The position numbers and the translations under genes were made by a program. Positions 38,115-46,963 of a DNA stretch of 64,000 nucleotides are shown in pieces. Every line of letters begins with the position of its first letter. Position 1 is the first letter of the stretch. Under the pieces are notes generated by a model. The model searched no databases. It saw only the letters and a list, made by a program, of their open reading frames with translations, and was not told the origin of the DNA. Origin of the DNA: an uncultured Nitrososphaerota archaeon (GTDB lineage Archaea > Thermoproteota > Nitrososphaeria > Nitrososphaerales > Gagatemarchaeaceae); the NCBI GenBank assembly GCA_963703285.1, contig OY969807.1:416001-480000 (forward strand). The letters run 5' to 3'.

Positions 38115-39578
38115 GTGAGGATCCTTAGGAAGGACGGCCCAAACATCCTGGTGGTGGCCTCCCACAACGAGGACGTAAGGATGGGGGACTATCTCATGGT
38201 CACTGAGAAGGACAGGAGCCTTGTGCTCCAGGTAATCGACGAGAACTACCTGGACGTGGACGGCATAATGGAGGAGGTCGCTAGGGAGGAGGTTCTCCTC
38301 TCGTCCGTGCAGGGGATGACAGAGGACCCCGCGGGCGTGGGGAGCATCTCCAGGGAGATACGCGACATGAGGCTCCTCCAGTGCAAGGCCAGAGGAAGCG
38401 TGGAGCACGGCCGGCATAGCCCCCGGATCGACTGGATCCCCTCACGGACCACCTCGGTGATAACGAGGCAAAACGTGAACGAGATCCTCGATTCGGCGGG
38501 CAACCGGGGGCAGAGGAGGATCAAGATAGGCAAGTCTGGCAGGGCCTCCTCCTTCTCAGTGACCGCCGAGGCCCTCGACGGCAGGATCACGATAATCACG
38601 GGGAGAAAGGAGTCGGGCAAGTCCCACCTCGCCAAGATGCTGGTCAGGGGGCTGCTCGAGCACGGCGCCTACTGCATAGTCTTCGATCTCAACGACGAAT
38701 ACGGTTCCATCGGCCTCGCAGCCGACGGGACCAAGACGGGCGTCGCCGACAGGGTGGAGGTCCGCAAGCCCGCCAGGGACATGAAGTTCAGCCTGGAGGC
38801 TGCGGGGCTGCGCGCGGTCACCTCCCTCCTCCAGCACTCGCTGGAGATGCCGGGCACCACCATGCGGGAGTTCATGAGGATCTGGGAGAACATGGAGAGC
38901 AAGCACGACCTCTCGATGGAGTCGCTGGGGACGTACATCCAGCAGTGGAGGTGCAACGAGTTCGTTCGGGACGCCCTCAACGCGCGGTACTACACGCTCT
39001 CGAACTCCGGTCTCTTCAGCGACTCCGACCGCGCCTTCCGGCTGGACGACTTCTTCAGGTCTCACCCGGACGGCGGCGCGCTCGTGATCTCCCTCAGCAG
39101 GGTGTCGCCGCTCAATCGGAGGATGACCGTCGAGCTGATACTCTCGAAGCTCGTCGAGCTGCTGGAGCAGAGGGCGATCCCGCCCGTCTTCCTGCTCTCG
39201 GAGGAGGCGCACCTCTACCTAAGGGAGACCTACTGGGAGGACCTGATAACGAGGATGAGGCACTTCGGCGTCTTCACGACCTTCGTGACGAACCAGCCCG
39301 ACGCCATAAAGCCCGAGATCTACAGGCAGGCCGACAACATCTTCCTGTACAACTTCTCGAGCGAGACCGACCTCAACATGGTCGCCCAGGCCTCGATGGT
39401 GGACACAGACACGGTCAGGTCGATAGTCAGGACCCTCCCTCCGCGGATGTGCCTCGTGCTGGGGCACGCCGTGAACAACCTGCCTGTGGTGGTGGCGATA
39501 GACGAGTTCGACGCTCCGCCGAGCGGCATAACGAGGCGCTTCTTCGACGGGCGCGTGGTCGCAACCCTCAGCAGGTGA
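38115..39578 (+). CDS. herA: HerA-family ATPase/helicase
   Basis: N-terminal HAS-barrel-like region, GRKESGKS Walker A, VFDLNDEY, LSEEAH, RMRHFG, TNQP. Confidence 0.88.
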   Translation: MRILRKDGPNILVVASHNEDVRMGDYLMVTEKDRSLVLQVIDENYLDVDGIMEEVAREEVLLSSVQGMTEDPAGVGSISREIRDMRLLQCKARGSVEHGRHSPRIDWIPSRTTSVITRQNVNEILDSAGNRGQRRIKIGKSGRASSFSVTAEALDGRITIITGRKESGKSHLAKMLVRGLLEHGAYCIVFDLNDEYGSIGLAADGTKTGVADRVEVRKPARDMKFSLEAAGLRAVTSLLQHSLEMPGTTMREFMRIWENMESKHDLSMESLGTYIQQWRCNEFVRDALNARYYTLSNSGLFSDSDRAFRLDDFFRSHPDGGALVISLSRVSPLNRRMTVELILSKLVELLEQRAIPPVFLLSEEAHLYLRETYWEDLITRMRHFGVFTTFVTNQPDAIKPEIYRQADNIFLYNFSSETDLNMVAQASMVDTDTVRSIVRTLPPRMCLVLGHAVNNLPVVVAIDEFDAPPSGITRRFFDGRVVATLSR

Positions 39579-39642
39579 CCCGGTAGTTCGGGGTGAGGTC
39601 CGGTTCGGCAAATGTTTAAAGCGGATTCGCTAAACGCCAAGC

Positions 39643-40338
39643 ATGTTGGAGTCTAGCCGGCAGGATTCCCTTATCAAGATTGCAGGTGAAGTGGTCGCCA
39701 GCCCCGATCCCGGGAGGGCGCTCAAGGTCTGGCGCGAGAAGCTCGCGATAAAGCAGGTCCAGCTCGCGAGGGCCCTGAAGCTCTCCCCTTCCGTCCTGAG
39801 CGACTACGAGAGCGGCAGGAGGCCCTCTCCCGGCGTGATGTTCGTGAGGAAGTACATCGAGGCGCTCGTCTCGCTCGACGAGGCTCACGGCAGGGTCGCG
39901 TCCAGGCTCCTGACACCCGAGAAGAGCTCGGCGATTCTCGCCATCAGCGAGTTCAACCGCCCGATCTCGGCGAGCGCCATACTTGCCGCGGTCAAGGGCA
40001 CGGTCCTCTCCGGCGACCCTTCCAGGACCAGCCTCTACGGTTACACGGTGGTGGACAGCATAAAGACGATCTACGCGCTCTCGGGCTACGACTTCTACAG
40101 GATATTCGGCGCGACGACCGAGAGGGCAATCGTCTTCACCAAGGTGGGCGCTGGGAGGAGCCCGCTGGTCGCGGTGCGTGTCTCCCAGCTGAAGCCGAGG
40201 ATGGTCGTGATCCATGGCCCGACCCAGACGGACCCGCTCGCCATAGAGCTCGCCAAGAAGGAGGGCCTGATATTCGCCCTCTCCAACGCGGCAAACGAGG
40301 AGGAGATCATCTCCTCCCTTCGAGCCCTGACCCAGTAA
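39643..40338 (+). CDS. XRE-type HTH transcriptional regulator with conserved archaeal C-terminal domain
   Basis: IAGEVVASPDPGRALKVWRE, LSDYESGRR, YGYTVVDSIK. Confidence 0.85.
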   Translation: MLESSRQDSLIKIAGEVVASPDPGRALKVWREKLAIKQVQLARALKLSPSVLSDYESGRRPSPGVMFVRKYIEALVSLDEAHGRVASRLLTPEKSSAILAISEFNRPISASAILAAVKGTVLSGDPSRTSLYGYTVVDSIKTIYALSGYDFYRIFGATTERAIVFTKVGAGRSPLVAVRVSQLKPRMVVIHGPTQTDPLAIELAKKEGLIFALSNAANEEEIISSLRALTQ

Positions 40339-40366
40339 CCGCCGGCCGCTGGGCCCCCGCACCCGT

Positions 40367-41229
40367 TTGGCAACCCTTTTAGGCACACCTCCGACACGGC
40401 CCGCGACAACATTGCCCCCGGCGGACCTGCTAATGGCCCTGGGAGAGCTCGCTGTGGTCATCGCGTTTGCGCTGACAGCGATTGGAGCAAAGGCCATCGA
40501 CAAGAGAGGCTTCCTCGCGAGCGTCGCCGTGGGTTTTGCGATCTTCCTCGGGGGAGGCTGGAGGTGGTTCGTCATAATCGCCTCCTTCTTCGTCCTCGCG
40601 GTGAGCGCGACCTGGTTCAAGTACGAGTACAAGAAGAGCCTGGGTAGCGCCCAGGAGAAGGGGGAACGCGGAACTGGCCGAACATCCTCGCCAACGGGGG
40701 CGCCGCGGCCGTCTTCGGTTTGGCGGAGCTCATCGCGGGAGGCTCCGTCTTTGCCATCCTGTACCTCGGCGCCATGTCGGCCGCGGCCTCTGACACGGTC
40801 GCGACGGAGCTCGGCCTCCTGAGCAGGTCCGAGCCCCGCCTGATAACACGGCTTAGGGAGAGAGTACGCCCGGGGACCTCCGGCGGAGTAACTGCGCTGG
40901 GCTTTGGAGGGACCCTGATAGCGTCGGTGGCAATCGGCGTGATAGCCGCCGTCCTCGGCGTGGTGAGGGAGCTTCCGGCGCCAGAGGTGGTCGCCATCAC
41001 GGCAGCGGGAGGCATCATCGGTTCGGTCGTCGACAGCATTGTGGGGGCGACGGTTCAGGGGAAGGGCGTTTGTTCGGTCTGCGGCAACCCGACCGAGAGC
41101 TTCATCCACTGCGGGAAGCGGGCTCGGAGGCTGTCCGGGTTCTCCAGCGTAGACAACAACATCGTGAACCTTGTCGCCACGATCGCGGGGGCAGCCGCTT
41201 CGCTCGCCATCTTTGCTTTCGTCGTCTAG
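40367..41229 (+). CDS. DUF92/TMEM19 membrane protein, frameshifted in the G-run at 40660-40664
   Basis: One extra G restores EKGGTRNWPNILANG; SDTVATELG, PGTSGGVT, DSIVGATVQ, DNNIVN. Confidence 0.85.
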
Positions 41230-42719
41230 GAGAGCCGCTTCGTTAGCCAGGCGGGGAGGTCCACCACTTCCACCCTCTCCTGGAGCTTCGTGTCCCTGTT
41301 CCTGACCGTGACCGTCCCCCGGGAGAGTGTCTCGCTGTCGACGGTCACGCAGAAGGGCACCCCTGCCTCGTCCGCGCGGGCGTAGCGCCTCCCGATGGAC
41401 CCGCCCTCGTCGTGGATAGCGTCCAGCTTCACGCGGAGCGCGTCGTATATCTCGGTGGCCTTCTCGGGCAGCCCATCCCTCGAGACGAGGGGGAAGACGC
41501 CGACCTGGACCGGCGCGACGTCCGGCCTCAGGGCCAGGTAGGTCCTGCCCTCCTCGACCCTGTACGCCGCATCGAGCAGCGTGTAGAGGCTCCTGTCTAT
41601 GCCCATTGAAAGCTCGAAGATGTGGGGAAGCACCTTCGTTCCGCCGTCCTCGACCGTGAAGTCGCTCTTGCTCACCTCGGCGTGCCGGCGGAGGTCATAG
41701 TCGGACCTGTAGTTGCAAGCCACCAGCTCGAGCCACCCCCAGGATGTCCTGACCTCGAGGTCGAACGCGACGGTGGAGTAGAACGCCCTCTCCCTATCGC
41801 CCAGCTTCCTGAGCCTGATGTCCCTGGTCGCTATTCCGACGCTCTCGTAAAACGACTGGATAAGGTAGAGGTAGTAGCCTATGAGCCTGTTGGGAATCGT
41901 GCCGGCGGCGATGGCGTCCGAGACTTTGACGGGGACCGGTTCCTCGTCCCCCTCTGAGATGTTGAGCCCATGTGGCAGGGCGACATCGAACCTGGCAAGG
42001 TCGACGTTCCCGGGATTGAAGAGGACCTCGATCTCCGCCTGGTAAAGTTCCCTGAGCCTGATGATCCCCTGGCGGGGCGCGATCTCGTTCCTGAAGGACT
42101 TACCCAGCTGTGCGAAACCCTTGGGGAGCTTGAGGCGCTGCGTCTTGAAGAGGAACGGGACGTCCACGAATATCCCCTGACACGTCTCCGGGCGGAGATA
42201 GGCCTCCTCGCCGAGTGGTCCTATCCCGACCCTGAACATCATGTTGAACCGCTTCGTCCCGCTCAGCGGGTTCTTGCAGTTGCTGCAGACGATGGAGTTC
42301 TCCGTCATGAGGGAGTCGTACTCTGCGTCCTCCAACCCCTCCGGTACCGCCCGCTTTGTCTTCTCCTCGATGAGCTTGTCGGCCCTGTAGATGGCGTGGC
42401 ACCTGGAGCACTCCACGATGGGGTCGCTGAAGGACCCCACGTGACCCGAGGCGACGAAGACGGCTCTGGGGAGAATCTGGGCTGTGTCCACCTCCACCAT
42501 CTCGTCGGCCTTCACGAGCCTCTTCCTCCAGAGCGAGACGTACCTGTTCTTGAAGAGGACCCCGAGGGGCCCGTAGTCCCAGAACCCGGCCGGCACGTTT
42601 GGATACGAGTCTGCCGTCCTGAAGAAGAAGCCCCTGCGCGCCGCCAGATTCATGACCTCGTCGTACCTCCCGGTCCTCTGGGCTGGCAATCCCTCCGCGG
42701 TCTCCTGTGTCTCTGGCAA
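41226..42719 (-). CDS. glyS: Glycine--tRNA ligase (homodimeric type)
   Basis: GFWDYGPLG, YLRPETCQG, FRNEIAPRQGIIRLRE, GSIGRRYARADE. Confidence 0.96.
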   Translation of the reverse strand: MPETQETAEGLPAQRTGRYDEVMNLAARRGFFFRTADSYPNVPAGFWDYGPLGVLFKNRYVSLWRKRLVKADEMVEVDTAQILPRAVFVASGHVGSFSDPIVECSRCHAIYRADKLIEEKTKRAVPEGLEDAEYDSLMTENSIVCSNCKNPLSGTKRFNMMFRVGIGPLGEEAYLRPETCQGIFVDVPFLFKTQRLKLPKGFAQLGKSFRNEIAPRQGIIRLRELYQAEIEVLFNPGNVDLARFDVALPHGLNISEGDEEPVPVKVSDAIAAGTIPNRLIGYYLYLIQSFYESVGIATRDIRLRKLGDRERAFYSTVAFDLEVRTSWGWLELVACNYRSDYDLRRHAEVSKSDFTVEDGGTKVLPHIFELSMGIDRSLYTLLDAAYRVEEGRTYLALRPDVAPVQVGVFPLVSRDGLPEKATEIYDALRVKLDAIHDEGGSIGRRYARADEAGVPFCVTVDSETLSRGTVTVRNRDTKLQERVEVVDLPAWLTKRLS

Positions 42720-42820
42720 CTGCTACGAGGAAAACGCCCTCGGTGGACGTCTTAAATCTCTTCTTCGGCGCGGGCCGTCCTCCCGGTACCCGTCTGCCGG
42801 TGGCGGGAGCCGGCCTCCGG

Positions 42821-43000
42821 TCAGATCGCTTTGATCTGCTTCACGACGCTGGGCCTTACCTTTCTGAAGACCCTGTACCCGCAGATGCACTTCACTTCGG
42901 GGAGGTTGCTGAGCTCCTCCTGGCTGGTCTTGGTCCCGCACCTCACGCACTCGTATATCGAGCTCTGGAAGACCTTGACCGGCTCTTCTGTCTCTGCCAT
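42821..43000 (-). CDS. rpoP: RNA polymerase subunit Rpo12/P
   Basis: YECVRCG..VKCICGYRVFRKVR. Confidence 0.9.
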   Translation of the reverse strand: MAETEEPVKVFQSSIYECVRCGTKTSQEELSNLPEVKCICGYRVFRKVRPSVVKQIKAI

Positions 43001-43118
43001 GTTTCCGAGTGAACTCGGCGCCTGCATCTATTTCTGTCTTGCTCTGCTTTCCGGCTCCGTCCTACGTTCCCCGGACAAAACGTTAAATCCGGCTCCGGGG
43101 GGAGACCGCCCACACGAC

Positions 43119-43415
43119 ATGGCCAACGACAGGGCTCTTGGCGGTGCGATTCTCGGCGGCAGCATCCTCGGAATCATCGTCTACGGGCTCCTGCTCTACT
43201 TCTGGCCAACCATAATACTCGAGATAACCGCCTTCCTCGCCGTGGTCATCCTCCTCGGGATCCTCGCCTGGATCGGCTGGACGATGGCGACGACCCCGCC
43301 CCCGGAGCCGATAACCGAGTCCCCGCCGCCCCCGGCGGCACCCCCGACGACGCCCGCGACGCCCGCCACGCCTGAGACCCCCACCCCTCCTCCCCCGACT
43401 GAGAAGGAAGCATAG
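43119..43415 (+). CDS. Small conserved membrane protein with Pro-rich tail
   Basis: Two TM segments, ILAWIGWTMATTPPP motif. Confidence 0.75.
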   Translation: MANDRALGGAILGGSILGIIVYGLLLYFWPTIILEITAFLAVVILLGILAWIGWTMATTPPPEPITESPPPPAAPPTTPATPATPETPTPPPPTEKEA

Positions 43416-43418
43416 CCC

Positions 43419-44159
43419 TCAGCGCGCCGCTTGCGCTCGCCTGTAGTTCCTGAACCGCATCGCGAGCACGCTTCGGAAGAACTCCCAGACCTCCTTCTCC
43501 GACATCTTGGATTCCCCCCTCTCGCGAAGCTCGAAGACGAACGGGACCTCCGCCATGCTGAGGCCGTTCTCCTTGAAGACGTAGAGCGACTCCACCTGGA
43601 AGATGAACCCCGTCGAGTGGAGTCTGGCCCCGAGGAGCGTGTCGACAGCCCTGCGGTCGAGGGCCTTGAAACCCGTCGTCGTGTCGTGGACCTTCAGCCC
43701 CAGGACCGTCCTTGCGAGCCGGTTCGCGCCCCTGCTCACCATCTTCCTCCTGCCCTTCAGCCCCCTGAAGCTCCCACCCTCGATGTACCTGGAACCTACG
43801 GCGACGTCGACTCCGCCCGAGACCACGTCGACGAGCGGCTTCACGCTCTCCGGAGGGTGCTGTAGGTCCGAGTCCATCTGCACGAAGACTGCGGGTTCGA
43901 AGAGCTCGATGGCCTTCCTGAAGCCGTCCAGGTAGGCGGTGCCGAGCCCCATCTTCCCCTCCCTCTCGAGAAGGTGGACGTAGTCGTGCGTGCCCGCGAG
44001 CCTCGAGATCTCCGACCCCGTCCCGTCAGGGCTGCCGTCGTCGACGAAGAGGAGGTGGAGGTCCCCTCCGAGCGCGGCTCTGACCGGCTCGAGCCTCTCC
44101 AATAGCGGTCCTACGTTCTCCCTCTCGTTGAAGGTCGGGACGACGACGACCACGCTCAC
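43419..44159 (-). CDS. GT2 polyprenol-phosphate glycosyltransferase (Dpm1-like)
   Basis: VPTFNERENV, VDDGSPDGT, MDSDLQHPP, GSRY. Confidence 0.92.
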   Translation of the reverse strand: MSVVVVVPTFNERENVGPLLERLEPVRAALGGDLHLLFVDDGSPDGTGSEISRLAGTHDYVHLLEREGKMGLGTAYLDGFRKAIELFEPAVFVQMDSDLQHPPESVKPLVDVVSGGVDVAVGSRYIEGGSFRGLKGRRKMVSRGANRLARTVLGLKVHDTTTGFKALDRRAVDTLLGARLHSTGFIFQVESLYVFKENGLSMAEVPFVFELRERGESKMSEKEVWEFFRSVLAMRFRNYRRAQAAR

Positions 44160-44180
44160 TTCTCTCGCGCCCCGGGCGGC

Positions 44181-45302
44181 CTAGCCGCTCCGAATGGCCT
44201 TCCCAAGCTCCGAGGCGATGTAGCCGACCTCCTCCTCGGTGACCTCCGGGTGGACGGGGAGAGACAGGACATGGTCGACCGCGTCGTACACGCCGGGGAG
44301 TTCCTCCGCTCCGTGCCCGAGGTTGCGGTAGAGCTCCATCCGGTTTACGGGGGTCCTCCAGTACACCGAGGAGCCGATCCCTCTCGCCCTCAGCCTGTCG
44401 TTCACGCCGTCCCTGTCCCTGTCGAGGTGGACCGTGTAGAGGTACCAGATGTGCGTCCTGTCGGCCTTCGTCTGCCTCATGGTCACGCCCCCGAGCCCGG
44501 CTATCGACTCTCCCAGGGCGGCCGCGTTCCTCCTCCGCGCGGCGATGAACTCCGCGAGCCTGTCCATCTGGACGGCCGCCAGGGCCGCAGCCACCTCCGG
44601 CATCCTGAAGTTGTACCCGAGTATCCGCGTGTCGTAACCGTCCCGCATGCCGTGGTTCCTCATCATCCTCAGCCTGTCGGCGAGGTCGTCGTCGTTGGTC
44701 GAGATGGCTCCGCCCTCCCCTGAGGTGATGACCTTGGTGGCGTAGAGGCTGAAGCAGCCCGCGTCGTCGGTCGCCCCCGTCTGCCTTCCCTTGTACTCGG
44801 CGCCGAGGGACTCCGCCGCGTCCTCAATCACCTTCACGGAGTTCTTCGCCGCGATCTCCCTTATCTCGTCGAGGTCCACCGGGTAGCCGTAGAGGTGGAC
44901 CGGGATTATCGCCTTCGTCCTGCTCGTCACCTTCCTCTCGACGTCCCTCGGGTCTATCGTGTAGTCGGACTGGACGTCCACGAAGACGGGCTTGGCGCTG
45001 CAGGCGACGACCACGTTGGCGGTGGCCTCGAAGGTGAAGGCGGGGATGATGACCTCGTCGCCGGCCCGGATGTTGTAGGCCATCAGCGAGGTCTGAAGCG
45101 CGGCGGTCCCTGAGTTGACCGCTATCACGTGCTTCACCCCGAGCTGCGAGGCGAGCTTCCGCTCGAACTCCCTGACGTGCTTCCCGCCCTCGTAGCTTGC
45201 ATCGGTGAGGAGTCCGCTCTCCAGGACGTCGGAGACAGCCCGCTTCTCCCTCTCGCCGATGACGGGCTTGTTGATAGGTATGAAGCGCACGGTTCTCGAC
45301 AT
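44181..45302 (-). CDS. DegT/DnrJ/EryC1/StrS sugar aminotransferase
   Basis: NSGTAAL, EDAAESLG, FSLYATKVITSGEGG, GYNFRM. Confidence 0.93.
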   Translation of the reverse strand: MSRTVRFIPINKPVIGEREKRAVSDVLESGLLTDASYEGGKHVREFERKLASQLGVKHVIAVNSGTAALQTSLMAYNIRAGDEVIIPAFTFEATANVVVACSAKPVFVDVQSDYTIDPRDVERKVTSRTKAIIPVHLYGYPVDLDEIREIAAKNSVKVIEDAAESLGAEYKGRQTGATDDAGCFSLYATKVITSGEGGAISTNDDDLADRLRMMRNHGMRDGYDTRILGYNFRMPEVAAALAAVQMDRLAEFIAARRRNAAALGESIAGLGGVTMRQTKADRTHIWYLYTVHLDRDRDGVNDRLRARGIGSSVYWRTPVNRMELYRNLGHGAEELPGVYDAVDHVLSLPVHPEVTEEEVGYIASELGKAIRSG

Positions 45303-45303
45303 C

Positions 45304-46365
45304 CTAGGCCGCCAGGACCTCCCGCGTAATCTCCCTTCCCTTGAAGTGGTCCCTGACGGGCGCCAGCACCTCGGCCAGGCCCTTCGAGACGGCCCCCTTG
45401 AGGTCCGTCGGGTGGAGCTTCCCCGCGGCGTAGTCCCCCTCGACCTCGGCGTAGCTTCCGTAGGTCACGTCCCCCCCGTACTTTTCGTCCCTCTCTATGC
45501 TGAGCGACGGAGCCTCGTGGAAGAGTACGTACTTGGTGAACTCGAGCACGGGGTTCCCCTCGACGACCCTCTCGGGGCACCAGGCCTTCGCGACCTTCCT
45601 GGCTATCTCGTCGGGCGAGTCGTGGATGAAGATCGCGCTGTCTGGCTTCGACTTGCTCATCTTGCTGGTGATGACCCTGTCGGCGACGACGTCCTCGTCT
45701 ATGCCGGAGCTCCTGGGCTCGCCTAGCCCGGCCAGGATGTGGTGGTGGACCGCCACGGGCTTCTTCCACTTGAGCGACGGGAAGACCTCCCTGGCGAGCA
45801 TGTGCACCTTCCTCTGGTCCATCCCCGCCTGGACGACGTCGAGGTCCATCGCCCGGATGTCGGTCGCCTGCATCGGCGGGTAGAGGTACTGCGCGACGTC
45901 GAGCTTCTCCTTGGTGGACCGCCCCATGATCGTCAGGCATCGCACGTCCCTCTCGAGGCTGATCTGCTTCGAGAACCTGAGGAGGTTCCTCCAATACTCG
46001 TCGTTCCCCTTGTAGAGGTCGCTCCCGTACTTCACATCGACCCCCGGACAGACGAACCTGAACGCCTCCGCGTAGTAGTCCCTGGCGACGCGCTCTATCT
46101 TGGCCCAGTCGCCACCCCACTTGTTGTTGATGTAGCTGTGCCAGTCGGCGAGGAAGACGGTGCAGCTCATCCCGGCCCTGATGAAGTCGTTGATCTTGAA
46201 GCCGTTTATCAGCAGCGAGCCCAGGTTGAGGACGCCAGAGACCTCGAGCCCGATGTAGTGCTTCGGGTGCGGCTCCCTCTCGAAGAGGGCGCGGAGCTCC
46301 TGCTCGGTGACTATCTCCTCGGTGGGCGGCCTCTTCACGAGCTCGACCTTCTCTTCCAGTTCCAT
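45304..46365 (-). CDS. tyrS: Tyrosine--tRNA ligase
   Basis: YIGLEVSG, YPPMQATD, GMDQRKVH, KMSKS. Confidence 0.95.
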   Translation of the reverse strand: MELEEKVELVKRPPTEEIVTEQELRALFEREPHPKHYIGLEVSGVLNLGSLLINGFKINDFIRAGMSCTVFLADWHSYINNKWGGDWAKIERVARDYYAEAFRFVCPGVDVKYGSDLYKGNDEYWRNLLRFSKQISLERDVRCLTIMGRSTKEKLDVAQYLYPPMQATDIRAMDLDVVQAGMDQRKVHMLAREVFPSLKWKKPVAVHHHILAGLGEPRSSGIDEDVVADRVITSKMSKSKPDSAIFIHDSPDEIARKVAKAWCPERVVEGNPVLEFTKYVLFHEAPSLSIERDEKYGGDVTYGSYAEVEGDYAAGKLHPTDLKGAVSKGLAEVLAPVRDHFKGREITREVLAA

Positions 46366-46464
46366 TCGTCAGGGGCCCAGCCTCGTTCGTGATTTAAGGT
46401 ATTGTCCGAGGCGTCCTACTGCGTCCCGGCGCCGCGAACCGAAGGCGCGGGTCCACGGACGAGG

Positions 46465-46824
46465 CTATGTCTCTTGCTTCAGGACGTTGGCGTAGAAGAG
46501 GTAGAGGTAGAGGACCGTCAAGACCAGGAAGAGGGGGACCGAGACGAACGCAAGAGACTGGACTGCGCCCCCTACGACCGTCAAGCCGACGTACACCTGG
46601 TAGAGCGCGACGATGACACCGAAGACCGAGCTCGCCGCGACCACGGGCTTCGTGAGCCAGCTCGAGGCCCACATCACCAGGAGGGCTCCGCTCGCGAAGC
46701 ACGCGAGAGCAGCCCAGACGAGCACGACGCCTCCGCCTGCGGCTACGATGCCCGCCCATGCGACGCCGGCCACGAAGAAGAGGATGGTGGGGACCCTCAG
46801 GAGGTTGCTCTGCTCCGGCTTCAC
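46465..46824 (-). CDS. Hypothetical membrane protein (about 4 TM)
   Basis: Hydrophobic ORF filling the gap between tyrS and polB; GTG start inferred. Confidence 0.55.
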   Translation of the reverse strand: MKPEQSNLLRVPTILFFVAGVAWAGIVAAGGGVVLVWAALACFASGALLVMWASSWLTKPVVAASSVFGVIVALYQVYVGLTVVGGAVQSLAFVSVPLFLVLTVLYLYLFYANVLKQET

Positions 46825-46963
46825 ATCGCAAGCGAAATCCTGTCCGGATATAAATGTAGTAATCTGAGCGCGCGTGTTTCGGTCGCGGAGGCGCGGCGAA
46901 TCTCCGCCAACTATAAATCCACGGGGCGAGTCACCGGCCTTCCTTCTTCGGTGTGCTGCTACG

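Noticed and set aside
40655-40670. DUF92 frameshift
   Set aside because: Adding one G to the G5 run restores EKGGTRNW; probable homopolymer error
43292-43400. C-rich repeats as a repeat array or CRISPR
   Set aside because: They encode a Pro/Thr/Ala-rich protein tail; there is no repeat-spacer structure
46216-46230. TyrRS HIGH motif reads NLGS instead of HLGS
   Set aside because: A single-base difference that could be a natural variant or an error; the rest of the enzyme is intact
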